In this document: one piece after another, positions 10,141 through 19,521 of the stretch
Layout of the letters: the number at the start of each line of letters is the position of its first letter
Numbering within the stretch: position 1 is the first letter of the stretch
IMG/VR virus record: IMGVR_UViG_3300030207_003081
Location: 1 to 40,927 of that record
Length of the DNA: 40,927 nucleotides
Strand: one strand, 5' to 3'
Source: a virus
Lineage: Duplodnaviria; Caudoviricetes
Made by a program: the position numbers and the translations under genes
The notes under the pieces: generated by a model
What the model was told of the DNA's origin: nothing
Databases searched by the model: none
Seen by the model: the letters and a program-made list of their open reading frames with translations, nothing else

Positions 10141-10467
10141 CTAAAGGTTCTCACCTTTATCAATTATCAGTTCGCCCTCGTTGCCCGCAGACAGAGGACA
10201 TGCCTTGTGCGGCTCCGCAGGATGCACACCAAAAGCCGTCCACTTTTTGCTCTCGGCGCTAAAGTATATCATCACGTAATAACCTTCACTTGAGATCCCG
10301 CGAAACAGCGGCTTCTCTGCAAACCGTTGGGCCATCTCTTTGTTTAGGTTGTGCGTCGGAACGCACATCCCCGGCACCTTGCCGTGAGCGTATGTCGATA
10401 CGATAAACACCGCGAGCAGCGAGATAATTATCAAGCCACATATCTTCCCAATCGTTTTTATTGTCAT
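10141..10467 (-). CDS. Secreted/periplasmic hypothetical protein
   Basis: AGGAGG RBS; signal-peptide-like N-terminus ending TYAHG; Cys pair in mature part. Confidence 0.7.
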   Translation of the reverse strand: MTIKTIGKICGLIIISLLAVFIVSTYAHGKVPGMCVPTHNLNKEMAQRFAEKPLFRGISSEGYYVMIYFSAESKKWTAFGVHPAEPHKACPLSAGNEGELIIDKGENL

Positions 10468-10484
10468 AACTTTCCTCCTGTTTT

Positions 10485-11486
10485 TTATTCATTTGTTAAT
10501 TCCTCAAATGCTTTCATCAAATTAGTAGCAGTGCATTTCTCCCAAACATAAAATTGTTTGGGGCTGGAAAACTCATAACGCTCCCCTTTCTTTACGCCGA
10601 GGAGGCGCTCCTGTCCCTCGATACCCTCGTGCTCGATTACCTTTGGCAAGGCATCGACCGGTACGAAGCAGGCATATTTTGTATCTGGAATAAAAAAACT
10701 GAGAGCAGCGGCTGCACCGTTGTGCGAGAGTGAGGCGACCGCTCGCTGATACAGCGCTGCCCTCAGTTCTAAGTTGACCGGGCCGGGGAGGTACGGGACA
10801 GCCGGGTCATCTTTATAGTACTCGGGTGGGGCGATAGTTGCAACATCTGTATCGTGCAACATCACAGGAAAATATCCACGCTCTTTTAATTGTTTAGAAA
10901 AGCGAGAGAAGCTAGATAGATTACTGTTACGCTCTCCCTCTACTTGGCTCTGCCTAATAGTTAACGTGACCAGCTTCGACCGGTCGATGTCATTAGCGTC
11001 TAACCATTTATCTACATAATGTAAGGCGCCCTCTGGGGCCTGCATCACCACCGGTGTGATACCTTTGTCCTTCACCTGATTGTATATCTCGACCACCTGT
11101 TGCAGCATAAACGCGCCGACGGGCTGGTTGATGTGATATGTGTTGGGGAAAAGGATTGCCGGCGGCAGCATGGAAATCTCCTTCGCTGCCTCTGCCCTGT
11201 TCATGTAAATTGACACACCCTTGCACGCGGGGATCATCCATGCCATGGGCGTCAGGATCTGCCGCACCCGCCACAGTTTCTCGGCCTGTGACAGGGCCAT
11301 GTCCTTCGGCGTCTGTTGCCGAAAAGATTCGCCGGGGCCCAAGATAAAAATAAAGTGTAGTTCACTTAGATTGTTCGCCCTCCGAGCCATGTCGGCATTG
11401 ACCATCGAGTGCATGTGGTCAAAAGTACAAGGGCTAATAGCTAAATCAATAATCGCGTAAAGAGTATTATTTCCTTGGTGTAGCAC
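10485..11486 (-). CDS. Putative glycosyltransferase-like protein
   Basis: GTG start at 11486 with GCAGGAGG RBS; VTLTIR...RNSN and LELRAALY..A blocks resemble the C-terminal half of GT-B-like proteins; operonic with sugar aminotransferase. Confidence 0.45.
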   Translation of the reverse strand: MLHQGNNTLYAIIDLAISPCTFDHMHSMVNADMARRANNLSELHFIFILGPGESFRQQTPKDMALSQAEKLWRVRQILTPMAWMIPACKGVSIYMNRAEAAKEISMLPPAILFPNTYHINQPVGAFMLQQVVEIYNQVKDKGITPVVMQAPEGALHYVDKWLDANDIDRSKLVTLTIRQSQVEGERNSNLSSFSRFSKQLKERGYFPVMLHDTDVATIAPPEYYKDDPAVPYLPGPVNLELRAALYQRAVASLSHNGAAAALSFFIPDTKYACFVPVDALPKVIEHEGIEGQERLLGVKKGERYEFSSPKQFYVWEKCTATNLMKAFEELTNE

Positions 11487-12684
11487 GCAGATCCTCCTGC
11501 ATCTCAGTCTCTGTTTCTTTGATGGCATTCACGATGCGGCGCACATGCCATATGTCATATTTTTCATTTAGAAAAAGATTGAATGTGCTGTCGCGCGTGT
11601 GCCTCGCGTTTGGACTACGGGCAGCCCACGGCACATGCCCCTCGCTAAACGCGTGGTTGGGCTGCCAGTTCACCTGCTTTTCTATATGAAGCCAGTCGGC
11701 CACGAGACAGCCGTAGTGTTCAAGCAACGGGATGCCTTTTGTTTTTAGACGCATGGCAAATCCCATCTTGTCCCTGACCGGCACCCACACGGGTATATAG
11801 AAGGGAGCATACCCGCTGTGGAACTCTTGCAGTTCGCTTAGGCATCCTGCCATCTGCATCTTTTCACGTAAACTGTACAGAAACATGAGGCGATCTAGGT
11901 TAGTTCGCTTCAATCTCTTCAAGGATGCTGAGGCGATAGCGCTCTCCCACTCATTGAAGTTGTGATTTAACGCCGGAAAAAGGGCCGTCCCTGGATCGTT
12001 CTGGTTGATGTCGTCGCGCCAGGGCTGCTTGCCGCGATCTCGGTGCGCCATAACCTGCTTCATTAAGTCAGGGCTAACGCCATAAACAAAGCCACCGCTG
12101 CCGCCGCATTGCAAGTTCTTGCGATACATCATCGAACCTGCCGCAAGTGTGCCAAAAGAACCGACCAACCTGCCGTCGATGTTAGCGCCCATCGCTTGAC
12201 TGATATCTTCGATTAGCGGGATGGCACCGTTTTCACATAGTTTAGCGATAGCCTCTGTGTCTGCGACCGGCTCACCGGCTGTGTGTACCAGCATCACAGC
12301 GGCTGTAAGATCAGTGACACAGTCCGTGACCTGATCTAGGCCAGTGTTGTAGCCACCGGGTGCGGCATCTGCTACGACAGGCACGAGCCCTGCGGCCAAG
12401 ATTGCATGCACCGTGCCGCTGTCGGTGACGGGAGATACGATTATCTCTCGCCCCTGTTTTAGATTCAACGCACACAAGGCTATGTAGAGTGCGTTTGTGC
12501 CGCTGTTGACGGCAGCAGCCTCGCCCTTGCCGTAGAAGGCCGCCAGATCTTTCTCAAATTGTTTTTGGAAAAACCCATTGTAGCCTGGGTCTTCGTCACT
12601 GCGCCGATAGTAGGACACCACATCGTCGATAGCATCTTGCTCGTCTTCACCAAAGGCTTTGCGTGGCGGAAACTCACCAGTCAT
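11467..12684 (-). CDS. DegT/DnrJ/EryC1/StrS family PLP-dependent sugar aminotransferase
   Basis: AAAVNSGTNAL..AL, MLVHTAG, IEDISQAMGA, GSFG, S...KNL..G.GG (PLP lysine). Confidence 0.92.
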   Translation of the reverse strand: MTGEFPPRKAFGEDEQDAIDDVVSYYRRSDEDPGYNGFFQKQFEKDLAAFYGKGEAAAVNSGTNALYIALCALNLKQGREIIVSPVTDSGTVHAILAAGLVPVVADAAPGGYNTGLDQVTDCVTDLTAAVMLVHTAGEPVADTEAIAKLCENGAIPLIEDISQAMGANIDGRLVGSFGTLAAGSMMYRKNLQCGGSGGFVYGVSPDLMKQVMAHRDRGKQPWRDDINQNDPGTALFPALNHNFNEWESAIASASLKRLKRTNLDRLMFLYSLREKMQMAGCLSELQEFHSGYAPFYIPVWVPVRDKMGFAMRLKTKGIPLLEHYGCLVADWLHIEKQVNWQPNHAFSEGHVPWAARSPNARHTRDSTFNLFLNEKYDIWHVRRIVNAIKETETEMQEDLRATPRK

Positions 12685-13294
12685 TGAGGTTCTCCCCTGC
12701 GAGTTTGACGAGGGCAATAGGCGTGTCCCATCGGTCAGGGAACTGGCGCATCAATTCCTCTGACTGCGCACGGTTTTTGTACGGATCATGCCCCAGCGGC
12801 TCTTGGTCAAACGGCTGGCAGTCACATGCCTCGACGCGTTCCCACGTGCGTTGAAACAGTTGCTCTGCACGTCGCAGCAAGTGCGAGTAAAACGTCTGTA
12901 AAGTTTCAGCGGGGTTTGCCAGGCGCCACTCTCGCTCCCACCTCGGCATAAACTCTACATCAAGTAGCTTGCCTGTATCTATGCCAGGGTCGATAAGATG
13001 CACCGACACACCTATCGGGTGGCCTTCGTACAGCGCCCACACATTCGGATATATGCCCCGACCCCATGGCAGCGCAGCCGGATGTATATTGATGATGCGC
13101 GCGTGAAAGCTCTGGCAAACGAACTTGCTGAAGATAGGTCCGTAGCCGTTGCTAATTATGTAGTCTGGGTTGATCTGCGAAAAATAACGATCCTCTTTGC
13201 GACCGTCGTCCATCAAAACAGCATGACCCCGCGCCGTTAGCCACAGCGCGAGGCTTTGATTGCGCCACGATGGGCCCATCAACATGATCTTCAT
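12674..13294 (-). CDS. N10-formyl-THF-dependent formyltransferase (sugar N-formyltransferase-like)
   Basis: IINIHPAALPWGRG..P..W and GVSVHLIDPGIDTG motifs. Confidence 0.9.
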   Translation of the reverse strand: MKIMLMGPSWRNQSLALWLTARGHAVLMDDGRKEDRYFSQINPDYIISNGYGPIFSKFVCQSFHARIINIHPAALPWGRGIYPNVWALYEGHPIGVSVHLIDPGIDTGKLLDVEFMPRWEREWRLANPAETLQTFYSHLLRRAEQLFQRTWERVEACDCQPFDQEPLGHDPYKNRAQSEELMRQFPDRWDTPIALVKLAGENLNDW

Positions 13295-13677
13295 CGGACT
13301 GCGACCCGACGATGGACCTGCTTACTCGTTTCAGAGACATCATGCTGCATCTGTGTGTGCGTGTTGAAATCCACACTTAGCTTGAAGTCAGGGTATCGCA
13401 CATTTTCTACGTGTTTCGCCAAAAGAGAAGACAGCACGTCTTTCCTAAGAGTTACGCGCCATCTGTATTCCCGACCAGCCGTTTCAAAGATGCAGTTTTC
13501 TCTGGCGTTTTGTATTGACCAGTGGATATTCTCGTCATCAATATCCGCCGTCAAAAAACTCTGTAAATCCTTATGACGGTGACCAAGAATCAAGACGAGA
13601 TCACTGCAATGTGCATCTTCAACAATGTTCACAAAGCAGTTTTTAAGTGCTATCTGCATTTTGTTTGCCTCACTCAT
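13291..13677 (-). CDS. Conserved hypothetical protein
   Basis: 128 aa, overlapping junctions on both sides; EYRWR...RYPDFK block recalled from other phage hypotheticals. Confidence 0.65.
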   Translation of the reverse strand: MSEANKMQIALKNCFVNIVEDAHCSDLVLILGHRHKDLQSFLTADIDDENIHWSIQNARENCIFETAGREYRWRVTLRKDVLSSLLAKHVENVRYPDFKLSVDFNTHTQMQHDVSETSKQVHRRVAVR

Positions 13678-14128
13678 TGAATAGTTTCAATTGAGCATTA
13701 TCAGAATAAGCAGCTTCCGTCAAGATATTTTCATGCCATGGCACGTATTGTTCTTTAAATCTCACCCAGCCCTGTTCTCCAAAATGATAGCTGGGTATGT
13801 TTTCAAACGTGTACGTTCTCTTATCTATGTCGTCCATAGTCAGAAATGCTATATTGTCATCTCCAACATGATTTAATTTGACCAGAGCAATTCCGTCCAC
13901 ATCTGCAAGTTTGTACTGTTTCTTCCGATTACGCCCGCTTGCAACGCTCCATCTTCCTTTTGAGCTACATTTAATCTGTAAACGGTACAGCGTGCTGTGG
14001 TCATCGACAACTGCGTCAAAGACGCTAAAGTCAACCCTGCGACAATTTATATCACGTAGTAGAAAAAACCTCTCGACCGATAGCTCGCCAAGATAACCCG
14101 TGATCTGCTCTGCCATGCCCTGTTTCAT
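13670..14128 (-). CDS. PD-(D/E)XK endonuclease (group I intron-associated type)
   Basis: G..GE..V, FDAVVD, RLQIK motif series. Confidence 0.7.
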   Translation of the reverse strand: MKQGMAEQITGYLGELSVERFFLLRDINCRRVDFSVFDAVVDDHSTLYRLQIKCSSKGRWSVASGRNRKKQYKLADVDGIALVKLNHVGDDNIAFLTMDDIDKRTYTFENIPSYHFGEQGWVRFKEQYVPWHENILTEAAYSDNAQLKLFNE

Positions 14129-14367
14129 CGCAAAGAGGCAAGATTCCGGAAGTAGCTAGAATCAAAGCCCCGCTGCCATTCACGATGCTCCATCGTGTGC
14201 GGCTCGAACGGGCACGTGCTGTTGGCCCAAAAAGCATTTAGCCCCTCTTGGTAGGCCATGCCGTTCGGACAGCGCCAGGCATCAGGCTTGCGCCATTTGC
14301 CCTTTTTCTTTTTTACTTTATCAAACGCCACAACTGCCTCCCTGCCCAGAGATCTCGCAGATGTCAT
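14125..14367 (-). CDS. Ribosome modulation factor (Rmf)-like protein
   Basis: AYQEG..A.....CPF......EWQRGF matches the Rmf-family pattern; start uncertain. Confidence 0.65.
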   Translation of the reverse strand: MTSARSLGREAVVAFDKVKKKKGKWRKPDAWRCPNGMAYQEGLNAFWANSTCPFEPHTMEHREWQRGFDSSYFRNLASLR

Positions 14368-16024
14368 GCGTCTCGATGTGCTCGTCGAACTCCGTGCCGA
14401 GGCGATCTACTGCTTCGCTGTACGGGACTACGGAAAGTGGCTGGCCGCCGCGTGCGCCGTCGGGATAACAAGTGAAGCCGCGTAGTCTGGGTGCATAGCG
14501 AGCCAGCGTGTCAGCAAATAAGTCAACTGTGTCTTCATTGTTGTGCTTACTCCCCCAGGATGGCAGGTTGATGGTCGAACTGATGGACATATCCACGTAG
14601 TCTTGCACATCTGCCTGGAACGCCATCCGCCTCTCGTAGTTTTCGGCCAGATCCAGAGCGCTCTCAATGCTATCGGGCTCGACACCGTACATGTCGATGA
14701 GTTCTTGCGCGGCGCTGTCTACGACGTACTGATATTTCCAGCGAGTGCCGCCGGTCAGATACCGTCGCTTGTACGCCACAGCGAACAGCGGCTCGACACC
14801 GGTCGTGGTGCCGGCGAGGATGCCGATAGAGCCCGTCGGTGCGATTGCCCGGTTGGCCACGGGCCGCGAGATCGACAGGGAGTCCGCAAACTCACGTGAT
14901 GTTTTGTCACTCACGCCCCGGTAGATCTCTAGCCACTTGTGCAACTCAGGCACACACTCGTAGCGGTGGCCGTTTTTGATTAGCCATTCATGCATGCCCA
15001 TCAGCCCGAGGCCCAGCCGCCTGGTCGCCTCGCGCACGTCGTATACTTTTTGATAGGGCAGGTGCGCTCGCAGCGTGCCGCAGATTAAAAACTTCGTGCC
15101 GAGTTCTACGATATCTGAGAACTCTTCTAGTGATTGAACGCGGCCCATATTAATCGAAGCCAGGTTGCACACGTCGCTATCTCGCTCCGATGTAACTTCG
15201 GTGCACGCGTTGCGGAGCGTTTCGTTTTCCTTATCAAAAAAGTTAAACGAAAACCCTGGCTCCGCTGTGCGTAGCGCCTGGCGTACATTCTGCCTAAACA
15301 CGTCGCCCACATCGCCTGTCTTCCAATACTGCATCAGCCATTCAGTGTCGTAGTTTACACTGATGTTGGTCATATCTAGCGGCGCCGGGAAGTTAAAGTC
15401 CGCTTCCTTGATGTCCTTCAAGGTCTGGCCGGTGTTGCCTACCGGCATACTGTCCCAGTCTTTTGCACGTAAAAAAGCAGGGATGTCACCATGCTGCCAA
15501 TTTAAACTCGCGTAGATAGCGGAGCGCCGCGAGCCGCCTTGCATCACGTTGGCGCCGATGCTGTTGATAAGTTTCATGGCAGGGATTGGGCCTGACGCTG
15601 TGCCACCCGTGCCTTTCAGCGGAGCACCGGCAGCGCGATAGACGCTGTAATCTACACCAATACCACCGCCCGTCATGAGGCAAGACTCGGCCCGCCATGC
15701 CAGCGCAGCCCAATCCTCGCGCGTGTCTTCCTCTGCTTTGAGCAGAAAACAGTTGTTGTAGTAACGATTTTTGCGACCGGCGTAGTAAAGATATCTGCCA
15801 CCGGGCACAAACTTCAATTCGTTAATATAGTTTTCAAGCCGGTCTAGTTCGTCGTCCGACATCATCTTATATTCACCAGTGCGAAGGTCACCGCAAACGT
15901 CTTTGACAAGCAGCTTTGCCAGCACAGACCAAGTCTCTGCACCTTCGTGTTTATATTTTAAATTAAAAATATCTTCCGAAAACTTGCTACGGAACTGTGG
16001 ATTTAAATTAGATTTCCAGGCCAT
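14321..16024 (-). CDS. nrdJ: Ribonucleotide reductase, class II (B12-dependent)
   Basis: PGGR, NNCF, GGSRRSA, NACTE (thiyl Cys), CNLAS, LGLGLMG, IAPTG, C-terminal Cys pair; no beta subunit gene present. Confidence 0.9.
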   Translation of the reverse strand: MAWKSNLNPQFRSKFSEDIFNLKYKHEGAETWSVLAKLLVKDVCGDLRTGEYKMMSDDELDRLENYINELKFVPGGRYLYYAGRKNRYYNNCFLLKAEEDTREDWAALAWRAESCLMTGGGIGVDYSVYRAAGAPLKGTGGTASGPIPAMKLINSIGANVMQGGSRRSAIYASLNWQHGDIPAFLRAKDWDSMPVGNTGQTLKDIKEADFNFPAPLDMTNISVNYDTEWLMQYWKTGDVGDVFRQNVRQALRTAEPGFSFNFFDKENETLRNACTEVTSERDSDVCNLASINMGRVQSLEEFSDIVELGTKFLICGTLRAHLPYQKVYDVREATRRLGLGLMGMHEWLIKNGHRYECVPELHKWLEIYRGVSDKTSREFADSLSISRPVANRAIAPTGSIGILAGTTTGVEPLFAVAYKRRYLTGGTRWKYQYVVDSAAQELIDMYGVEPDSIESALDLAENYERRMAFQADVQDYVDMSISSTINLPSWGSKHNNEDTVDLFADTLARYAPRLRGFTCYPDGARGGQPLSVVPYSEAVDRLGTEFDEHIETHDICEISGQGGSCGV

Positions 16025-16203
16025 CAAGCGCTCCCCCGTCCTTTGCCTTTCATTCGACTTACGCTGATATCGAGAACGCCGTCTACCTCGTAGAGCAGGT
16101 CTTGTATCATGTCGATTAGTTCTTCTTCAATGTCGTCATCGACCGGCGTGACGTAAAAGTCTGGGTCGATAGTTAGTCCTACTTTAAAATTAATCCTTGG
16201 CAT
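16024..16203 (-). CDS. 59 aa acidic hypothetical protein (not in ORF track)
   Basis: Manual translation MPRINFKVGLTIDPDFYVTPVDDDIEEELIDMIQDLLYEVDG...; TGATG coupling to RNR start. Confidence 0.75.
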   Translation of the reverse strand: MPRINFKVGLTIDPDFYVTPVDDDIEEELIDMIQDLLYEVDGVLDISVSRMKGKGRGSA

Positions 16204-16702
16204 TTATCCCGCCGCCCCAAAAAAATAGACCGTCGTCCTCTTGCGGGCGGTTGGACTTACAGTCGATATCGGGCAGCGAGTCGAAGTCAAAGATGTCGCT
16301 GCTGCTTGAAACAAAAATGTTCTCGTCTAGTTCGTCATTTTCAAACATGTCTAGCTGGAAATCGAAAAATTCGTTCGGCGCTCGCGCTTGTGTCAGCAGA
16401 TCGTCAATGCCCATCGCTGTGGACACAACCTCAAAGTGATTAGCCACCTCGCCGCCGAGCGCCGCGTACCCTGCGATATCGATCCAGTTGTCGTTATTCA
16501 CACTTGTGTGGTTGATACGCGACAACTTGAGCGCGATCATACACTGCGCCACCTGATGAGGTTTCACCGGCGTGTCCAAGATCAGCGACCAGAACTTGGC
16601 GATCCGCTCAAAGGATTTGTCTGCTGGCCCGTGGTCGTTGTGACGGTCTTTACTAATTAAAGAATTAGCTTCTTCGAGTATCAACTCAGACTGCTTCAAC
16701 AT
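16190..16702 (-). CDS. DUF6378-like protein with acidic tail
   Basis: GAGGA RBS before MLKQ; ILEEA..LI..DR...HG...SF.RIA..WS, VA.CMIALK..R, D.WIDIAGYAAL. Confidence 0.8.
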   Translation of the reverse strand: MLKQSELILEEANSLISKDRHNDHGPADKSFERIAKFWSLILDTPVKPHQVAQCMIALKLSRINHTSVNNDNWIDIAGYAALGGEVANHFEVVSTAMGIDDLLTQARAPNEFFDFQLDMFENDELDENIFVSSSSDIFDFDSLPDIDCKSNRPQEDDGLFFWGGGINAKD

Positions 16703-16709
16703 GGCTTCC

Positions 16710-17012
16710 TCAATGTTTAGTGGGAAAGGGGATGATGTTTTCGTCATCAAACTCATCAGAGAAATCTTGAAAGTGCTCGAAATACGCAGCCACCATTGCC
16801 ATGATCTGCTCTTCGGGCATGCTCGAAACGGCGCACATAGCTCGCACTAAATCACGTAGAAAATGTTTGGTCGGATCTGAAACGTCGAGCACATCCGATT
16901 CTACCGGCATCACCGAGAAGCTGATGTCACCGTTTTTTTCGTCCTCTTCTACTTGAATTAGAACTGCGAGTTGATTTGCTTGTAGGCTTAAAAAATTCTT
17001 CATACGCGTCAT
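16710..17012 (-). CDS. Conserved hypothetical protein
   Basis: GAGGA RBS before ATG 17012; acidic C-terminus ending NIIPFPTKH. Confidence 0.65.
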   Translation of the reverse strand: MTRMKNFLSLQANQLAVLIQVEEDEKNGDISFSVMPVESDVLDVSDPTKHFLRDLVRAMCAVSSMPEEQIMAMVAAYFEHFQDFSDEFDDENIIPFPTKH

Positions 17013-17409
17013 TGATTTTTTCCTCGGCAATCCAGGCCGCTGGAATACTGTAATCCGCATATCTAAATGAATTGGCATCGCACCACATAGCGTATGTGGT
17101 CTTGCTGCCTTTACGGATCTTCTGTCTGGAGTTGTAAAATACAAAACGGATATCCAACTCAGGATGACAGTCGCGCACCCAGAGGTGCTTCTGCCTATCC
17201 TCGACAGTGAAGATACCTTTTGTTTCGACGATCACGCCGTTGGGAAGGACAAAGTCGGGCGTGTACACCCGGTCTTTGGCGGGCTGTATGTAAGGTATTT
17301 TGAGCGCCTCGTATGCACCGGCGACACCGGCATCGATTAGCTCTTTTGCCACCCTACCTTCGAGGCCACTTCGGTAGCCTTTTTTTAATTGATAATTAGA
17401 GCTTGTCAC
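16927..17409 (-). CDS. Endonuclease I / Holliday junction resolvase (T7 gp3-like)
   Basis: YRSGLE, YTPDFVLPNG..VETKG, DR.KH, HPELDIRFVF, KGSKTTYA.WC. Confidence 0.93.
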   Translation of the reverse strand: MTSSNYQLKKGYRSGLEGRVAKELIDAGVAGAYEALKIPYIQPAKDRVYTPDFVLPNGVIVETKGIFTVEDRQKHLWVRDCHPELDIRFVFYNSRQKIRKGSKTTYAMWCDANSFRYADYSIPAAWIAEEKINDAYEEFFKPTSKSTRSSNSSRRGRKKR

Positions 17410-17650
17410 CGCTGCGCAGTTTCAACGGATTCAAGTCAGCCATAGACTCTTGATACTCTGTAAACATATCGACGGCCTTAGCAGTTTGCTTGGCTAAGTT
17501 AATTTGTATACGTTTACTACGCTCCATCGATAATTCTTTTACGGCATTAAGAGCGTCGGTTAACATCATATCGATGGCTGCGTCAGAGCGTTCCTGCAAC
17601 GGGATAGTCGAACCCGGCATGTAATCGTAGTCTTGTTCCTCGTCATGCAT
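17396..17650 (-). CDS. Hypothetical protein
   Basis: 84 aa, AGGAG RBS, overlapping neighbours. Confidence 0.65.
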   Translation of the reverse strand: MHDEEQDYDYMPGSTIPLQERSDAAIDMMLTDALNAVKELSMERSKRIQINLAKQTAKAVDMFTEYQESMADLNPLKLRSGDKL

Positions 17651-18521
17651 ATGCTTTCTCCTGCTCAGGTATATTGTTGAGTTCTGTGTAGCTTACCATC
17701 GGCTTGCTCTTCGCCTTGCTGAACACAGACTCGCGCTCTTGCAAGGTAGGCCAACACTCGAACCGGTACTTACACCACGAGCACGTGGTGCCTAACTTGC
17801 GGTTGCCGGTCAGCGCTTTGTTAAACGTCTCCTCGACATCCTCAAAGCAACGCTCGAACGGGGCATCTGATTTTAATTTATCTATTTTATTCTTTAGTTC
17901 TTGTAGCCGGCGCTCTTGGGTTACGTCTGTGTCAAGCGCCTCAATCAGATTGATTTGACCGGTTGCAATGTTGACCGCCCAGATGCCGCCAGGTAGGTTG
18001 TCGTGGCCCTTGGCATAGATATGTAATTGATCTACATAACCAAACGCGTCGTCCTCTTTGAGCGCGCCCCACGATTCAAACTTTTTCTTGTAAGCCCAAT
18101 CGCTGCACGATTTAACATCGTAGACCTTGCCGTCGATCTTCAAGTCGTATTCGCCGTTGATCTGCTCGCCGGCGACATCAGCCGTGACCCGGCCACTGCT
18201 CTCGTAGTTGGGGACGCCGGCCTCACGTATCACGCCTTTAAGCACGGCCTCTACGATGTCGCCCAATACCATGCGCATCAGGAAGTTGTAGTCCGGATCG
18301 ATGCTGGGGGCGCCTGCCTTTTCCATCTGGAGTTGGCAGAGTGGGCGCCCGATGTTACTCGGGCGCACCTTAAATTTGCTGTCACGTTTCTCGACGAACT
18401 GCTTGCGCAGAGCCGCGCGCATGTCCTCTAAAACTACGTCAATAGTTTCGTCGGACATCTCCGTGTCGCCGCGCAGGTTGCGTTGCAACCACAGCACAAC
18501 CCGCGCAAGATTGGGTTCCAT
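17643..18521 (-). CDS. PD-(D/E)XK (Cas4/RecB-like) exonuclease
   Basis: R.SNIGRP.CQL, GEYDL.IDG.VYDVKS, GY..QL..Y, C-terminal CSWCKY...CW. Confidence 0.85.
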   Translation of the reverse strand: MEPNLARVVLWLQRNLRGDTEMSDETIDVVLEDMRAALRKQFVEKRDSKFKVRPSNIGRPLCQLQMEKAGAPSIDPDYNFLMRMVLGDIVEAVLKGVIREAGVPNYESSGRVTADVAGEQINGEYDLKIDGKVYDVKSCSDWAYKKKFESWGALKEDDAFGYVDQLHIYAKGHDNLPGGIWAVNIATGQINLIEALDTDVTQERRLQELKNKIDKLKSDAPFERCFEDVEETFNKALTGNRKLGTTCSWCKYRFECWPTLQERESVFSKAKSKPMVSYTELNNIPEQEKAYA

Positions 18522-18526
18522 GCGAC

Positions 18527-19387
18527 TTACTCGTCATCTACTTCGAGTTCAAGATACTCATCAACCACGTTGTCCTCCGCGTCAAGCATGGCCGACTTGT
18601 GCTTTTCCATGACCTTGCCGTTAATGCCGCCCACGTAATCCGTGAACCGCTGCATCAAGGCGATAGCATCCTCATCAAACTGGTGCTGCACACCTTCCTC
18701 GATCTTACAGGACAAGTCATAGAACGTGACACCGCCCTTCACTTCAAAAGGTAGCAACGTTACGCTTACAGAGTTTGGCGAGATCCGCTTCGAGTTCCAC
18801 AATTCTCTGTAGAAATTGACCAGCGTGCGACCAGAAGTCTTGTTCGATAGCTCCATCTCAACGGGGAGTTGCATACTGACGGTGCTACCGGTTTGGTCTT
18901 TGCCTTCGATGCGGACCTCGCCAAAGAAGATCGCCATTTGGCGACACGATTTAATGAACTCTTGTTCGTCCTTCGGCAACTCTTTCCAGTTGCGAATGTA
19001 GCCGACGGGCCGTCCGCACTGGTATTTGCCATCGTCTGACGGCGCTTCGTCTTGCAACGATTTGATGAGGATCGAGTGCGTGTAGCTACCCTTGACTGTG
19101 TCGCCGTCTTTGTTGCGCCGCACCGCGTCTGCGTCATACCGCTTGTATCTGAAGTATTGTTGATAGAGCCGCAATGATATAGACGGTGCGTAGATCTTAC
19201 CGGCGAGCGGATCGTCGATACTAAACTCACCAGCTAAAGCAATGAGATCTGTGCCGTTTTTCACGTTGTCTCGCAAGATCCTCACGCGTGGAATCACATC
19301 ACGTGCCATGTCTTCGGCAGCGAACTGGTCAGCAATCGATTGCAGATACTGAGCTTCAGCGTCGTTGGGTAGCACTAGCGCTGTCAT
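18527..19387 (-). CDS. Putative single-stranded DNA-binding protein
   Basis: Position between polymerase and exonuclease, own promoter, acidic C-terminus, G..CGRP.GYI..W block. Confidence 0.55.
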   Translation of the reverse strand: MTALVLPNDAEAQYLQSIADQFAAEDMARDVIPRVRILRDNVKNGTDLIALAGEFSIDDPLAGKIYAPSISLRLYQQYFRYKRYDADAVRRNKDGDTVKGSYTHSILIKSLQDEAPSDDGKYQCGRPVGYIRNWKELPKDEQEFIKSCRQMAIFFGEVRIEGKDQTGSTVSMQLPVEMELSNKTSGRTLVNFYRELWNSKRISPNSVSVTLLPFEVKGGVTFYDLSCKIEEGVQHQFDEDAIALMQRFTDYVGGINGKVMEKHKSAMLDAEDNVVDEYLELEVDDE

Positions 19388-19425
19388 TGTTTCCCCCCTG
19401 GAAAAGGTTTTGTGCTCAAGATGCG

Positions 19426-19456
19426 ATAGTTATATTCGGAAAGCATCCTAAGTCAA
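19426..19456 (-). promoter_or_regulatory. Sigma70-like promoter TTGACT-N16-TATAACTAT
   Basis: -35 at 19456-19451, -10 at 19434-19429, in the intergenic gap upstream of the SSB-like gene. Confidence 0.7.
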
Positions 19457-19521
19457 CTGATTTATCCGACGGTAACCTATTTCGTGCGGGCGCAAATGTG
19501 CCAAAGGGTCGCACGCACTTG

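Noticed and set aside
17643-18521. Cas4 as evidence of a CRISPR system
   Set aside because: Stand-alone PD-(D/E)XK exonuclease in a standard replication module
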